From an uncultured SAR86 cluster bacterium (GTDB lineage: Bacteria > Pseudomonadota > Gammaproteobacteria > Magnimaribacterales > D2472), in assembly GCA_902547695.1 (NCBI GenBank), contig CACCOR010000006.1, forward strand, positions 15,945 to 79,944: a stretch of 64,000 nt of DNA. Direction: 5' to 3'. The notes under the pieces were generated by a model. That model did no database searches and was not told where the DNA came from. It worked only from the letters and a program-made list of their open reading frames with translations. This document shows, one piece after another, positions 19,722 through 31,770 of this stretch (its first letter is position 1; every line of letters starts with the position of its first letter). The position numbers were made by a program, and so were the translations under genes.

Positions 19722-20506
19722 AAGATTTTATACCTACTAAAGATATTTTCTTCACACGTATTTAATTGCAGTTCATCTTGATATTTGGGACCAAGAAAAA
19801 AAAGTCCACATGCAGGTGCAGTTTTACCTGCAATTTTTCTATCTTTCTTATCTAAAATATCTTGAATACTCATGTTATTTTCATTTTTTGCAATATCAAT
19901 CAATGTTCCAACCATAATTCTCACCATATTTTGTAAAAAAGCATTTGCAATAATAGTTATTATTATAAATTCATTAAACGTTGTTAAATTAATATCTTTT
20001 ACAGTTTTAATTGGATTTTTTGAGTTACAGTTTGAACTTCTAAATGAACTAAAGTCTTTCTCTCCCTTGAATGATTGAAGTTGTTTTTTCATTAAGTCTA
20101 TATCCAGAGAATTTCTTACCCAGTAAGAATTTCTCTCTAAAAATAAAGGTTTATTTTTAGAGTTGTAAATAATATATGAATATTTTCTTTCAATTGCAGA
20201 GAATCTTGAATTAAAAGAGTTTGGAACTTTAAAAATATCTTTAACCGAAATTGTTGAGGGAAGATTTGAATTAATACCATTTATCCATTCTTTATTACTT
20301 CTTTTAATATTTGTTTCAAAGTCACATACTTGCGATAAGGCATGAACTCCAGCATCAGTTCTTCCCGAGTAATTAATCCTAATGTTTTTATTTGTAATTT
20401 TTTTTAAAGCATCTTCAACACTATCTTGGATTGTTGGAACATCTTTTTGACTTTGAAATCCTGAAAAATCAGTTCCATCATATTCTAAAATAAATGCTAA
20501 CCTCAC
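19718..20506 (-). CDS. truA: tRNA pseudouridine(38-40) synthase
   Basis: Catalytic Asp block GRTDAGVHA; 262 aa. Confidence 0.92.
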   Translation of the reverse strand: MRLAFILEYDGTDFSGFQSQKDVPTIQDSVEDALKKITNKNIRINYSGRTDAGVHALSQVCDFETNIKRSNKEWINGINSNLPSTISVKDIFKVPNSFNSRFSAIERKYSYIIYNSKNKPLFLERNSYWVRNSLDIDLMKKQLQSFKGEKDFSSFRSSNCNSKNPIKTVKDINLTTFNEFIIITIIANAFLQNMVRIMVGTLIDIAKNENNMSIQDILDKKDRKIAGKTAPACGLFFLGPKYQDELQLNTCEENIFSRYKIL

Positions 20507-21807
20507 AGCTGTTTCACTTTTTCAAGAAGATCTAAAGAAGCCTTATTTATTTCACTATTTTTGGATGTTTGAATTAAATTTTTTAAAAGTGCTTCTGCAT
20601 TTTCTCTGTCACTCATTTCATAATATGTTACTGCTAAGTCAAACTGCTGCTGATCTATGTCATTTTTAATACTTAGATCGGATGGCAAAGTTGTTAAAGT
20701 TGATTTGTCATCCGATGCTTCCTCAAAATCATATTGAATTTCTTTTGCAGATCTAATATTTTTTATTTGGATAAAAATCAAAGCAAGTAGGACACCTGAT
20801 GCTAGAGATATTAAAGATATAAAAATTAAGTCAAAGGTCTGAAATTTATTATCTACTTCTGTGATAGGTTGCTTTGACTCTTCTATAAGCTCATCAAGGA
20901 TTTCATTTTCAACATCTAATCTTATTTGTTTTGTGTTCTGCTCAATAAGAGTCTGAGGATCTAAGTCATCAAAATCTATTTGATTTTTATCTTCATTCCT
21001 AATATCTGTTTCTTTTTTATCCTTAACTTCTTCTGTTACTTTTGGTGCTGTAAGAACTAAAAGAGATTTCGAGGCAGATTGAATGCTACTAGCAAATGAT
21101 TTATTCATGTCCAAAATTGATTCTTTGGCTATTTGAAAAGAAATATTTTCAATTTCATCAATTGAAGGAATTAATACATCAGTGTCCTTTCTAATGAGAT
21201 TGATATTATCATCAATAAAAGCTTCCCTATTCCCAAGATAAATTGACCACATTATTTGATAAATCGAAACATTTTTATATTCACGCTTTATTTTTTCAGC
21301 CATGCTCCATACCGTTGTAATATCAGAGTTTTCAAAAATATCTATTTTTTGAATTTCTGACTCAACTTGTTCAGGTTTATTTAGAGCTACATTTTCTTTT
21401 TTAATTTCTGATAAATTTCTTTGAGATTTATATGGTTTTGAATTACTAAATGTATTTCTAATTTTTGAAGGCAGGAATATAAAAATATCTTTTGCAAAAT
21501 TTTCTTTGATGAGAATTTTGAAGCTAAAATAATCTTCTATATATTCATCATCTAAAATAATTGAAAATGTTTGATAATTTCCATAATTATTTATTAGAGT
21601 ATATGCAATGAATGACTCATCTATCTTGTTATTTGTCTTATATTCATTTAAAACGACATCACCATCATTAATGCTTTCATTGTCAATTCTAAACTCTATT
21701 ACCCTTTGATTTTGAGCATTAAGTTTTATCTTTGGTGAAGACAGAATTATATCTGCAAAGGCATTTAATGAGCATATTAGGGATAATAAAAATAAATATC
21801 TCAACAC
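20503..21807 (-). CDS. FimV/HubP-like membrane protein (LysM-like region, one TM, C-terminal FimV-type helical motif)
   Basis: Signal peptide. LysM-like segment TTVWSMAEKIKREYKNVSIYQIMWSIYLGNREAFIDDNINLIRKDTDVLIPS. TM segment FDLIFISLISLASGVLLALIFI. C-terminal FDLAVTYYEMSDRENAEALLKNLI. Sits between asd and truA, as fimV does in Pseudomonas. Confidence 0.6.
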   Translation of the reverse strand: MLRYLFLLSLICSLNAFADIILSSPKIKLNAQNQRVIEFRIDNESINDGDVVLNEYKTNNKIDESFIAYTLINNYGNYQTFSIILDDEYIEDYFSFKILIKENFAKDIFIFLPSKIRNTFSNSKPYKSQRNLSEIKKENVALNKPEQVESEIQKIDIFENSDITTVWSMAEKIKREYKNVSIYQIMWSIYLGNREAFIDDNINLIRKDTDVLIPSIDEIENISFQIAKESILDMNKSFASSIQSASKSLLVLTAPKVTEEVKDKKETDIRNEDKNQIDFDDLDPQTLIEQNTKQIRLDVENEILDELIEESKQPITEVDNKFQTFDLIFISLISLASGVLLALIFIQIKNIRSAKEIQYDFEEASDDKSTLTTLPSDLSIKNDIDQQQFDLAVTYYEMSDRENAEALLKNLIQTSKNSEINKASLDLLEKVKQL

Positions 21808-22823
21808 AACTTTTTGTTCTCTACTAAACTTTCAAGAATTTGAACGGTATTTAACGCAGCTCCCTTTCCATAAACATTGTCAGCTACTATCCACATTGAG
21901 ATCCAGTTTTCATTGTTAATAGTTTGAGACCTTATCCTTCCTACAAATACCTCTTCAGTATCATTTGCGTTCTCAAGTGGAGTTGGATACTCTTGGGACT
22001 TTGGATTATCTATTACCTCAATTCCACTAGAATTGTTTAATAACTCAATTATTTGCTCTCGAGAAGTTTCTTTCTTTGTTCTTAAAAAGACTGCCTCAGA
22101 ATGACCATTAATAACAGGAACTCTTACGCACGTTGCTTGCACTTCAATGTTGTTATCAAGTATTTTTTTTGTCTCCCAGACAAGTTTCATTTCTTCTTTA
22201 GTAAAATCATTCTCTAAAAAAATATCGCATTGAGGGATTACGTTAAATGCTATTTTTTTTGGATAGACTTCTTGATTAATAGACTCATCTGTAATCTGAT
22301 TTTTTAATTCTTGAACTGCTTGTTTTCCAGTTCCGGATACTGCTTGATATGTAGCAATATTTAAAACATCTATTTCATATTCTTTATGGATAGGAGCAAT
22401 TGCCATTAAAAGCTGAGATGTTGAGCAATTAGGATTAGATATTAAGGATGGTGTATCTAGGAGATTGATCTCATTTCCGTTTATCTCAGGAATTATAAGA
22501 GGTATATGCTTTTCGTATCTAAATTTAGAAGACAAATCTATTACATAAACTCCTGCATTAACAAAATCTTTTGCATGTTCTTCTGCAACCTTAGACCCAG
22601 CTGAAAAGATAGCCAAATTTACCTTTGAATAATCAAAATTGGTCAAATCTTCAATTTTATATTGATTATTATTGAACACTATTTCATCACCTACGGAAGT
22701 AGATCCAAGTGGATAAAAATTATTTATTTCAATATTTTTATTTTCAAGTAAAGAAATAATTTTTTTACCAACAACTCCTGATGCTCCTATTAATGCTAAA
22801 TTTATTACACTATTCATTTTCAA
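21801..22823 (-). CDS. asd: aspartate-semialdehyde dehydrogenase
   Basis: NAD fold LIGASGVVG and catalytic Cys block [11 protein letters not shown]; also PVINGHS. Confidence 0.9.
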   Translation of the reverse strand: MKMNSVINLALIGASGVVGKKIISLLENKNIEINNFYPLGSTSVGDEIVFNNNQYKIEDLTNFDYSKVNLAIFSAGSKVAEEHAKDFVNAGVYVIDLSSKFRYEKHIPLIIPEINGNEINLLDTPSLISNPNCSTSQLLMAIAPIHKEYEIDVLNIATYQAVSGTGKQAVQELKNQITDESINQEVYPKKIAFNVIPQCDIFLENDFTKEEMKLVWETKKILDNNIEVQATCVRVPVINGHSEAVFLRTKKETSREQIIELLNNSSGIEVIDNPKSQEYPTPLENANDTEEVFVGRIRSQTINNENWISMWIVADNVYGKGAALNTVQILESLVENKKLC

Positions 22824-23886
22824 GAATCTCTATAATTTTTTCAGCAACCTCAGACGTTTTTAAATAATTTTCATCCGTGGCTATGTCTTTTGTTCGAAAA
22901 CCTTGTTGTATGAACTTTTTGATTGCTGTATCAATTTTATTTGCAACAGTTTCTTCATCCAATGAATATCTTAAGGCCATTGATAATGAGCCAATCATTG
23001 CTAATGGATTTGCAAGATCTTGATTAGCAATATCAGGTGCACTTCCATGACAAGGCTCATACATGCCCTTGAATGAGCTATCAAGCGATGCAGAAGGAAG
23101 CATGCCTATTGATCCAGTAAGTGTCGCAGCAATGTCAGACAAAATATCTCCAAACAAGTTACTAGCAACAATCACATCAAATTGATTTGGGTTGAGAACT
23201 AATTGCATTGCCGCATTATCTGCAAGTTGATGTGAAAGCTCAACGTCAGGATATTCTTTAGACATTTCTGTAACAATTGATCTCCAAAATTTTGAAACTT
23301 CTAAAACATTTGCTTTTTCTACAGAACACAATCTACCTTTTCTTTTTTCTGCTGATTCAAAAGCAATTTTTGCAATTCTTCTAATCTCATCTTCATTATA
23401 AATCATAGTATTAAACGCATAATTAGGAGACTTATCATTAACAACTCCTCTGGGCTCACCAAAATATATGCCACCAGTTAGTTCTCTGACTATCAATATA
23501 TCTAAACCTTCAATAATTTTTTCCTTTAATGGGGAAGCATCTGATAGTTCATTAAATAAAAAGGCAGGTCTTAAATTTGCAAACAAGTTTAACTCCTTTC
23601 TTAATGTCAACAGTGCATTTTCAGGTCTGTCTTCCCAACTAAGACCATCCCACTGCGGAGCTCCTACAGCTCCAAATAGAACAGCATCTGCTTTTTTGGC
23701 AGTTTTTAAAACATTTTCTGGAATTGGTGAACCAAATTTCTCGTAGGCAGTTCCACCAACATCAAGTGTATCAATAGAAAAATTCAAGGAAAATTTTTTG
23801 ATAATAAAGTCAAGGATTTGCATCGCGGAAGCAGTTACCTCTTGTCCAATTCCGTCTCCAGGCAATACTAATATTTTCTTGCTCAT
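22810..23886 (-). CDS. leuB: 3-isopropylmalate dehydrogenase
   Basis: [12 protein letters not shown] and [10 protein letters not shown]. Start taken at ATG 23886, giving an ATGA overlap with the leuD stop. Confidence 0.94.
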   Translation of the reverse strand: MSKKILVLPGDGIGQEVTASAMQILDFIIKKFSLNFSIDTLDVGGTAYEKFGSPIPENVLKTAKKADAVLFGAVGAPQWDGLSWEDRPENALLTLRKELNLFANLRPAFLFNELSDASPLKEKIIEGLDILIVRELTGGIYFGEPRGVVNDKSPNYAFNTMIYNEDEIRRIAKIAFESAEKRKGRLCSVEKANVLEVSKFWRSIVTEMSKEYPDVELSHQLADNAAMQLVLNPNQFDVIVASNLFGDILSDIAATLTGSIGMLPSASLDSSFKGMYEPCHGSAPDIANQDLANPLAMIGSLSMALRYSLDEETVANKIDTAIKKFIQQGFRTKDIATDENYLKTSEVAEKIIEILENE

Positions 23887-24524
23887 TTGAATATCCAAGG
23901 TCTTTCTTCAATTCTAGTCCTTTCAAAATCAAAGATTTTATCTTTTTCCTTTAAAGTTATATCAACATCGTCTAGTCCATAAATAATTCTATCTATAAGA
24001 TGTTTATCAACATGAAAAGAAATAGTTTTTTCACCACAGTTGATTTCTTTCTTTTGTAAGTTTATTGAGAGTTCAAGAACTTTTTGCTGGGTTTGATCAA
24101 ATAAGAAGTCTATCTCTTTTTTTTCTAACTTAATTGGCAAAACGCCATTTTTAAAAGAATTATTATAAAAAATATCCCCAAAAGAGGATGCTATTACAGC
24201 TTTTATACCAAAATCTCGCAACGCCCAAACTGCATGTTCTCTTGATGAGCCACATCCAAAATTATCTCGAGTTAAAAGTATTTTCGATTCATTGAAAGGA
24301 TTTTTATTGAGTATAAAGTTTTCATCAATCACTCTTTGATCCTTTGTGATACCTAGCTTTCCATCATCTTTATATCTCCAACCATCAAAAAGATAATCTT
24401 CAAAGCCAAACTTTTTAATAGATTTTAAATATTCTGTAGGGATAATTTGATCAGTATCAATATTATCTCTATCTATATATGCAACAACTCCATCTATGAT
24501 TAGTCCCTCGCTATTAGATTTCAT
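23883..24524 (-). CDS. leuD: 3-isopropylmalate dehydratase small subunit
   Basis: GCGSSREHA block; 213 aa; lies between leuC and leuB. Confidence 0.94.
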   Translation of the reverse strand: MKSNSEGLIIDGVVAYIDRDNIDTDQIIPTEYLKSIKKFGFEDYLFDGWRYKDDGKLGITKDQRVIDENFILNKNPFNESKILLTRDNFGCGSSREHAVWALRDFGIKAVIASSFGDIFYNNSFKNGVLPIKLEKKEIDFLFDQTQQKVLELSINLQKKEINCGEKTISFHVDKHLIDRIIYGLDDVDITLKEKDKIFDFERTRIEERPWIFK

Positions 24525-25917
24525 AAGGGTCTCCTATAGTTCCATTAATTGCTGTATAGGCTGCCATAATTGGACTCATCAAATGAGTCCTACCTAAGTA
24601 TCCTTGTCTTCCTTCAAAGTTTCTATTTGAGGTTGACGCACATCTTTCATAAGGCTTGAGTTGATCTGGATTCATTCCGAGACACATTGAACATCCAGGA
24701 TCTCTCCAAATAAAACCTGCATCAGTAAAAACTTTATCTAATCCTTCATTTTCTGCTTGTTCTTTAACAAGGCCAGATCCTGGCACAACAATAGCTTCTG
24801 AAATATTTGATGCAATAGTTTTACCCTTAACTATTTCAGCAGCTTGTCTTAAATCTTCAATTCTAGAATTTGTACATGATCCAATGAAAACTTTATCGAA
24901 TGTTAAATCAGATAATTTTGTTTCATTTTCAATGCCCATATAGTCTCTTGCCAACTCAACATTCTTCTTGTTTTCATCTTTGGTATCAAATACTGTTGGA
25001 ATTGATTCATCATAATTCAATACCATCTCAGGTGAAGTACCCCATGTAACTTGTGGTTTGATTTTTGATACATCTATAGTTATTTCTTTATCAAATTTTG
25101 CATCATCATCTGACTTTAGAGTTTTCCAATACTCTTTTGCATGATTAAAAGTGTCATCATCAAGAAATGATTTACTTTTAACATACTCAATAGTTTTATT
25201 GTCTGGGGCAATTAATCCAACCTTAGCCCCTGCTTCAATAGCCATGTTACAAATGGTCATTCTTCCCTCGACAGATATGCTACTTATATAAGATCCTGAA
25301 AATTCAATGGCGTAACCAGTTCCACCAGCAGTACCGATTTGTCCAATCAAATATAAGACAATATCTTTCGAAGAAACATGCTCATCTACCTCTCCTTCAA
25401 ATCTCACATTCATATTTTTTAATTTAGAAACTTTTAGGCACTGGGTTGCAAGAACGTGCTCAACTTCAGAAGTTCCTATACCCATAGCTAAACAACCAAG
25501 TGCTCCATGTGTAGATGTGTGTGAATCTCCACAAACAATAGTCATTCCAGGAATAGTAAAACCTAATTCAGGTCCTATAACATGAACAATACCCTGTTTA
25601 TTTGACTCTATATCAAATTGTTTAATACCAAATTTATTACAATTCTTATCCAATTCAACTACTTGAATCTTTGAAATTTCATCAGTTATTGATTCAGAAT
25701 TAAAATTATTACCTCTTGTAGTAGGTACATTATGATCAGGAGTAGCAATGTTGGCATTGAGCCTCCAAGGCTTTAAATTTTTCTTAGTTAGTCCGTCAAA
25801 TGCCTGAGGAGACGTTACCTCATGCAAATAATGTCTATCAATATATAACAGCGACTCTCCCGAATCGAGTTGGGTGACATGATGCTCTTCCCAGAGTTTG
25901 TCGTATAAAGTCTTCAT
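24514..25917 (-). CDS. leuC: 3-isopropylmalate dehydratase large subunit
   Basis: Aconitase-family Fe-S ligand blocks [23 protein letters not shown] and GCSMCLGMN. Confidence 0.96.
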   Translation of the reverse strand: MKTLYDKLWEEHHVTQLDSGESLLYIDRHYLHEVTSPQAFDGLTKKNLKPWRLNANIATPDHNVPTTRGNNFNSESITDEISKIQVVELDKNCNKFGIKQFDIESNKQGIVHVIGPELGFTIPGMTIVCGDSHTSTHGALGCLAMGIGTSEVEHVLATQCLKVSKLKNMNVRFEGEVDEHVSSKDIVLYLIGQIGTAGGTGYAIEFSGSYISSISVEGRMTICNMAIEAGAKVGLIAPDNKTIEYVKSKSFLDDDTFNHAKEYWKTLKSDDDAKFDKEITIDVSKIKPQVTWGTSPEMVLNYDESIPTVFDTKDENKKNVELARDYMGIENETKLSDLTFDKVFIGSCTNSRIEDLRQAAEIVKGKTIASNISEAIVVPGSGLVKEQAENEGLDKVFTDAGFIWRDPGCSMCLGMNPDQLKPYERCASTSNRNFEGRQGYLGRTHLMSPIMAAYTAINGTIGDPYEI

Positions 25918-25922
25918 TGTTT

Positions 25923-27005
25923 TTACTCACTAAATGGAAGATTTTGTTCAACATCAGCACATTGAGCTTTATTGATTAATAAATGATCCACTAAAACTAA
26001 ACTAACCATAGCCTCAGCAATTGGCACAGCTCTGATGCCGACACATGGATCATGTCTTCCAGTAACCTCTATATCAACCTCATTACCTTCTTTATTTACA
26101 GTCTTTCCTTTTGTTTTAATACTTGATGTTGGCTTAATGATAAAACTTAGGCTTATATCATCCCCGTTAGATATGCCGCCTAATATTCCTCCTGAATTAT
26201 TTGAAGTAAAACCTGATGCTGTTATCTCATCCCTTGCTTCTGAACCTTTAAGACTTAATATATCATCTGCATTGCCAATTGATACTGACTTTACTGCGTT
26301 AATAGTCATTATTGCTTTTGCTAAATTAGCATCTAACTTCTCGAAAACTGGATCTCCCAATCCAACTGGACAGTTCTCAACTATAACTCCTAACTTTGCA
26401 CCTACAGAATTACCCTCTTCAATTAAGTCTTTGAACATTGAATCTAGTTCAGACAATTTTGATTCATCACTAAAAAAGTATTTATTATTTATATTTTTAT
26501 GATTAATTGAATCGGCCTTCACTTTTCCTATTTCTGATACAAAACCATTTACTGAGACACCCTCATTTTTAAGAATCTTTTTAGCAATTGCACCAGCAGC
26601 TACCCAGTTTGCAGTTTCTCTAGCACTTGCTCTTCCACCACCTCTGTAATCTCTATGACCATATTTTGCTTGATAAGAAATGTCTGCATGATTTGGTCTA
26701 AAAACATCTTTTATATTCGAGTAATCTTTAGATTTTTGATCTTTATTGTAAATTATCATTCCTATCGGTGTGCCGAGGGTTTTTCCTTCAAAAACTCCAG
26801 ACAAAATCTCTACAGCGTCGTCTTCTTTTCTTTGTGTAGTTACATCTGATTGGCCAGGCTTTCTTCTATCTAATTCATACTGAATATCCTCTTTTTTTAG
26901 CTCAATTTGGGGCGGACAACCATCTAAAATACAGCCCATAGCAGTGCCATGACTCTCACCAAAAGTCGTAATTTTAAATATTTTTCCAAACGTATTGCCT
27001 GACAT
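25923..27005 (-). CDS. aroC: chorismate synthase
   Basis: TFGESHG, RPGQSD and TGRHDPCVG; 360 aa. Confidence 0.96.
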   Translation of the reverse strand: MSGNTFGKIFKITTFGESHGTAMGCILDGCPPQIELKKEDIQYELDRRKPGQSDVTTQRKEDDAVEILSGVFEGKTLGTPIGMIIYNKDQKSKDYSNIKDVFRPNHADISYQAKYGHRDYRGGGRASARETANWVAAGAIAKKILKNEGVSVNGFVSEIGKVKADSINHKNINNKYFFSDESKLSELDSMFKDLIEEGNSVGAKLGVIVENCPVGLGDPVFEKLDANLAKAIMTINAVKSVSIGNADDILSLKGSEARDEITASGFTSNNSGGILGGISNGDDISLSFIIKPTSSIKTKGKTVNKEGNEVDIEVTGRHDPCVGIRAVPIAEAMVSLVLVDHLLINKAQCADVEQNLPFSE

Positions 27006-27044
27006 GGCGATAATTATAGTCCAAAAAGCTAAAAAAGCTTTATT

Positions 27045-28496
27045 TTATGGGATTTTTGAAAATAATTTCTGGAAATCAGTAACAGAGGTTTCTTCAAGCT
27101 TTTCTTGGTTCATGCAAAGTGTGAATATCTTATCAGATACTTCCTCATTAAATGTTATGTCTAAATTACCTTTAAATTTCTTTTCTAAAACTGGAATGCC
27201 CTCTTCTCTTCTTCTTTTATGACCAATAGGATATTCAACCTCAACCTCCTCTGTTGAAGTTCCATCATTAAAATGAATCTTAATTCTGTTAGCAATTGAA
27301 CGCTTATCTGCTTCAAGATATTCTTTTGAGTATCTTTTATCTTCGTTGATAACCATTTTTTCTCTAAGGGCATCAATTCTTGGATCTTTTGCAACATCAT
27401 CTTCGTAATCTTCTGCGACTAAATTGCCTTTCAATAAACCAATAGCAACCATATATTGCAAACAATGATCTCTATCTGCAGGATTATTTAGCTCTCCAAC
27501 TTTTGAAATGATTCTAATGGCAGACTCATGTGTAGTGATTTCAACAGATTTTATTTCATCGATTTTGTCTTTTATTTCTTCATGTAACTTTACTGCAGCC
27601 TCTACTGCGGTTTGGGCATGGAATTCTGCTGGAAAGCTAATTTTAAATAGAATATTCTCCATAACATAAGTTTCAAAAGGTTGTGGTAAAGAAAGTTTTT
27701 CTCCATCGAATGAAACATCTTCAAATCCCCAAACAGGTGCAGATAATACACCAGGATATCCCATCTCACCTGACATAGTAATCATTGCTAGTCTTACAGC
27801 TCTACTAGTGGCGTCCCCAGCTGCCCAACTTTTTCTTGAGCCCGCATTAGGAGCATGCCTATAAGTTCTAAGGCTTTGACCATCCACCCAGGCTTGGCTA
27901 ACTGCATCTTTAATTTGATCAATAGAACCGCCAAGTAATTTTGTAGCTACTGCCGTTGAAGCAACTTTTACTAGAATGACATGGTCAAGTCCTACCTTAT
28001 TAAAACTATTTTCTAGGGCTAAGACACCCTGTACCTCATGTGCCATAATCATTGATTCGAGAACAGTTCTCATAGTTAATGGATCTTTTGCATTAGCAGC
28101 ACTTTGTTGTGAAACAAAATCACATACTGATAATATTGCACCTAAGTTATCTGAGGGATGTCCCCACTCTGCAGCAAGCCAAGTATCATTATAATCTAGC
28201 CATCTAACAATACAGCCAATATCAAATGCTCCTTTTACCGGATCTAACTCATAATTTGTGCCAGGCACACGAACGCCAAAAGGTACTTTTGTATCTTTTA
28301 CTATTGGCCCAAGCATTTTGGTGCAAGCAGGAAATTGTAAGGCTAAAAGACCACATCCAATAGTATCTATAAGACAATTTCTCGCAGTATCTAATGCTAA
28401 ATCAGATTTAATTTCATAGTTTGAAACGTAATTTGCAATTTCAGAAATAAGTCCATCAAACCCAGGTCTGACATTCAGATCAACATTTGATGACAT
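27045..28496 (-). CDS. prpD: 2-methylcitrate dehydratase
   Basis: 483-aa MmgE/PrpD-family protein directly downstream of prpB-prpC. Confidence 0.9.
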   Translation of the reverse strand: MSSNVDLNVRPGFDGLISEIANYVSNYEIKSDLALDTARNCLIDTIGCGLLALQFPACTKMLGPIVKDTKVPFGVRVPGTNYELDPVKGAFDIGCIVRWLDYNDTWLAAEWGHPSDNLGAILSVCDFVSQQSAANAKDPLTMRTVLESMIMAHEVQGVLALENSFNKVGLDHVILVKVASTAVATKLLGGSIDQIKDAVSQAWVDGQSLRTYRHAPNAGSRKSWAAGDATSRAVRLAMITMSGEMGYPGVLSAPVWGFEDVSFDGEKLSLPQPFETYVMENILFKISFPAEFHAQTAVEAAVKLHEEIKDKIDEIKSVEITTHESAIRIISKVGELNNPADRDHCLQYMVAIGLLKGNLVAEDYEDDVAKDPRIDALREKMVINEDKRYSKEYLEADKRSIANRIKIHFNDGTSTEEVEVEYPIGHKRRREEGIPVLEKKFKGNLDITFNEEVSDKIFTLCMNQEKLEETSVTDFQKLFSKIP

Positions 28497-28499
28497 ATT

Positions 28500-29621
28500 T
28501 TAGGACCTATCAGAAATATCGACCCAATCTGAAGTCTCAACTCCAATATAATCAGCACTCGGTCTGATGATTCGATTGTTTGCTCTTTGCTCCATGCAAT
28601 GCGCAGTCCAACCAGATACTCTAGACATTACAAATATTGGAGTAAATAGTTTTGTTGGAATGCCCATATAAAAATATGCTGGTGCATGAAAAAAGTCTGC
28701 GTTAGCAAACATTTTCTTTTCATCAGCCATGACTTTTTCAACCTCTTCAGCTACTTTATATAAAGTATCATTTTCAGCCAACTCAGATAATTCTTTTGCA
28801 TACTCCTTAATTACAGCATTTCTAGGATCTCTTATTGAATAAACAGCATGACCAAATCCCATGATTTTTTCTTTGTTCCCAAGCATCTCGATAATTTTTG
28901 ATTTTGCTTCTTCTTTTGAAGTCCAGTTTTCTATTAACTCCATTGCTTTTTCATTTGCTCCGCCATGAAGAGGTCCTCTTAAAGAACCAATAGCAGCTAC
29001 AACGCATGAATGGATATCTGACATGGTTGATGCGCAAACTCTTGCTGTAAAAGTAGAAGCATTAAATTCATGTTCGGCGTACAAAATTAGAGAAACATCC
29101 ATTACTTTTCTATGCAAATCTGAAGGTCTTTTTCCATGAAGAATATGTAAAAAATGACCGGCCATACTATCTTCATCATTCACGAGATCTATATCTAAAC
29201 CCTCATGAGAGTATTTATACCAATAAGTAACAATCGATGGCATTGTTGCAATCATCCTATTAATAGAATTTAACTGATTAGAAAACTCTCCTTCAGGTTC
29301 TAAATTGCCTAACATCGACGTACCTGTTCGCATTACGTCCATTGGATGAGCTGAAGAAGGAATTTTTTGAAGAACTTGTTTTAGTGAATCAGGAAGGTCT
29401 CTTTGACTCTTGAGCAGTTTCTTATAATCATCTAGTTCTGCTTGATTAGGAAGTTTATCGTAAAGTAAAAGATAAGCGACTTCTTCAAAAGAAGACTTTT
29501 CTGCAAGCAATTCAATTTTATGACCCCTGTAGGCAAGCCCCTCAATTTGACCAACAGTTGACAGCGAAGTTTCTCCTGCAACCTGTCCTCTTAAACCTGC
29601 GCCCTCTAGTTTTTTAGTCAT
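28500..29621 (-). CDS. prpC: 2-methylcitrate synthase
   Basis: Citrate-synthase family (GFGHAVYSIRDPR, HGGANE). Lies between prpB and prpD. Confidence 0.9.
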   Translation of the reverse strand: MTKKLEGAGLRGQVAGETSLSTVGQIEGLAYRGHKIELLAEKSSFEEVAYLLLYDKLPNQAELDDYKKLLKSQRDLPDSLKQVLQKIPSSAHPMDVMRTGTSMLGNLEPEGEFSNQLNSINRMIATMPSIVTYWYKYSHEGLDIDLVNDEDSMAGHFLHILHGKRPSDLHRKVMDVSLILYAEHEFNASTFTARVCASTMSDIHSCVVAAIGSLRGPLHGGANEKAMELIENWTSKEEAKSKIIEMLGNKEKIMGFGHAVYSIRDPRNAVIKEYAKELSELAENDTLYKVAEEVEKVMADEKKMFANADFFHAPAYFYMGIPTKLFTPIFVMSRVSGWTAHCMEQRANNRIIRPSADYIGVETSDWVDISDRS

Positions 29622-30502
29622 GAGCCTTCCTTTTTAGTATTTTCAAACTGTTCATCAAGTTGTTTTTCAAAATTGTAGTAATCAAGAACTTCATACAACT
29701 CTTCCCGGGTTTGCATTATATCTAACAGAGGCTCTTGTGTCCCGTCTTTGATAATTGAATTATAAATTTTTTCTGCCGATAAACTCATGGCTCTAAATGC
29801 TGTAAGAGGATATAAAACAATATCAACTCCAACATCGCTAAGTTCTTTCTGAGTGAATAATGGAGTTTTTCCAAATTCTGTAATATTTGCTAGTAATGGA
29901 ACTGAAAAACTTTTATTAAACTCTTTGTATTGATCTAAAGATATAGCTGCTTCAAAGAAAATTCCGTCGGCACCAACTTTTAAGTATTCACCACATCTTT
30001 CAATAGCTTGTTCAATTCCCTCAGATGCAAGTGCGTCTGTTCTTGCCATAATAAAAAAAGATTCATCTTTTTTCGCATCAACTGCAGCTTTTATTCTATC
30101 TTGCATTTCTATAACACTCACTATCTGTTTATTTGGCCGATGTCCGCATCTTTTATCATAGACTTGATCTTCAATATGAACTGCAGCAACTCCAGCATTT
30201 TCCATTTCTTCAATGGTATTTGATATTTCTTTTGAACCGCCCCAGCCAGTATCTATATCAACCAGTAGAGGAAGATTAGTTGCATCAGTTATTCTCTTGG
30301 CGTCAATTACGACATCATCTAATGAAGTTACACCTAGATCAGGAAGGCCATAAGAGGCAGCAGCAACCCCACTTCCAGAAAGATAAATCGCTTTATGATT
30401 TGCTCTTTCAGCTAATTTTGCTGAATAAGCATTAATTGCTCCTGGAATAATTAGAGGACTATTATTTTTTATGGCGTCTCTAAACTTCTTACCCGGCGTC
30501 AT
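29618..30502 (-). CDS. prpB: methylisocitrate lyase
   Basis: ICL/PEP-mutase family with the KRCGH active-site loop. Start trimmed to ATG 30502 (MTPGKKFRDAI..); the track's 30-aa extension overlaps the preceding gene. Confidence 0.9.
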   Translation of the reverse strand: MTPGKKFRDAIKNNSPLIIPGAINAYSAKLAERANHKAIYLSGSGVAAASYGLPDLGVTSLDDVVIDAKRITDATNLPLLVDIDTGWGGSKEISNTIEEMENAGVAAVHIEDQVYDKRCGHRPNKQIVSVIEMQDRIKAAVDAKKDESFFIMARTDALASEGIEQAIERCGEYLKVGADGIFFEAAISLDQYKEFNKSFSVPLLANITEFGKTPLFTQKELSDVGVDIVLYPLTAFRAMSLSAEKIYNSIIKDGTQEPLLDIMQTREELYEVLDYYNFEKQLDEQFENTKKEGS

Positions 30503-30503
30503 A

Positions 30504-31163
30504 TTAGTAAAATTTAATTCCTCTAATAATTCTATCTTTATTATTTTTTCTTCTCCACCTATTGGTGTCTCGAAGACTATAAACACAGCCACAATATTCT
30601 TGTTGGTAAAAATGCTCCCTCTTTGAGATTTCTATCATCCTTGATGAACCGCCATTTTTTCTCCAATTAAAATCCCAATAAGATATACTTTCATACCTTG
30701 AAGCAGCTCTGTGTCCTGAATCATTAATTTGATCCATATCTTTCCATCTAGAAATGCCAAGTGTAGTAGCATAAACATTGAATCCATTTTCATATGCAAA
30801 AAGTGCTGATCTTTCAAAACGCATATCAAAACATTTTGTGCATCTTTCACCCCTCTCTGGTTCATTTTCTAATCCTTTTATTCTCTCAAACCAGTTCTCT
30901 TTGTCGTAATCGCCATCAATACAATCAAATCCAACTTTTTCGCAAAATCTTCGATTTTCTTCCTTTCTTATTTCATATTCATCTACAGGATGAATGTTTG
31001 GATTATAAAAATAAACGGTGGTTTTAATTTTTGAAGCTGCCAGCCCTTCGATAATTTCTCCAGAACATGGAGCGCAACAACTATGAAGGAGAAGATTTTT
31101 TTCTCCATTAGGAATTTTTAATACTGGTCTTGTATAGTTTTGTAACTTTAGATTATCACTCAT
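30504..31163 (-). CDS. queH: epoxyqueuosine reductase QueH (DUF208)
   Basis: [15 protein letters not shown]-terminal Cys cluster plus C-terminal QEYCGC; the size is typical of DUF208. Confidence 0.78.
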   Translation of the reverse strand: MSDNLKLQNYTRPVLKIPNGEKNLLLHSCCAPCSGEIIEGLAASKIKTTVYFYNPNIHPVDEYEIRKEENRRFCEKVGFDCIDGDYDKENWFERIKGLENEPERGERCTKCFDMRFERSALFAYENGFNVYATTLGISRWKDMDQINDSGHRAASRYESISYWDFNWRKNGGSSRMIEISKREHFYQQEYCGCVYSLRDTNRWRRKNNKDRIIRGIKFY

Positions 31164-31767
31164 TTACGAACACCGAATTGTTTATGATTGCCTTTTCAAG
31201 CTCATTATAATTATGAAAAGATTGAATTTCAGGAAATTTAGAAGAAATCTTATCAGGAGCATTCATAAAAAATCCTTTATCTGCAACCTCAAACATTTGA
31301 ATATCATTGTGAGAGTCACCTGCTGCAAAGCATCTATATCCTAAATCTTTAAATGCATTTATTGCTTGTTTTTTTGCTTGAGGATGTCTAAGTTTGTATG
31401 AAACAATTTCATTATTTTTTATCTCAAGGTTATGACAAAGTAAAAAAGGAAACCCAAGCTTTTCCATCAGTGGCTTAGCAATGTCGTGAAAAGTATCAGA
31501 CAAAATCACAACTTGAAAATTTTTTCTAAGGTTTGATACAAATTCTAATGCTCCTGGGAGAAGTTCAACTGAAGATGCAGCTTTTTGAACATCTGATAAG
31601 CCTATGCCTTCCTTTGACATAATTTCTATTCGCATATCTAGAAGATCCTCATAACTAGGAATATCTCTAGTAGTTTTTCCTAAATCTTCAATGCCGGTAT
31701 CATATGCAACTTTCTCCCAAATTTCCTCAGTGAGAGTTCCTTCCATATCTAAACAAACAATTTCCAT
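31156..31767 (-). CDS. thrH: HAD-family phosphoserine phosphatase / homoserine phosphotransferase (ThrH-like)
   Basis: Colinear with P. aeruginosa ThrH as I recall it. [12 protein letters not shown] versus MEIACLDLEGVL; also [10 protein letters not shown] and [11 protein letters not shown]. Confidence 0.75.
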   Translation of the reverse strand: MEIVCLDMEGTLTEEIWEKVAYDTGIEDLGKTTRDIPSYEDLLDMRIEIMSKEGIGLSDVQKAASSVELLPGALEFVSNLRKNFQVVILSDTFHDIAKPLMEKLGFPFLLCHNLEIKNNEIVSYKLRHPQAKKQAINAFKDLGYRCFAAGDSHNDIQMFEVADKGFFMNAPDKISSKFPEIQSFHNYNELEKAIINNSVFVNE

Positions 31768-31770
31768 TAT

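Noticed and set aside
25918-25922. Searched for leader peptides, attenuators or riboswitches upstream of leuC, trpF/trpB, purF and prpB
   Set aside because: The upstream spacers are 5 nt or less, or are overlaps, so no leader RNA can be encoded. The absence is recorded in the unidirectional-chain finding (13389..32667) rather than as a feature.
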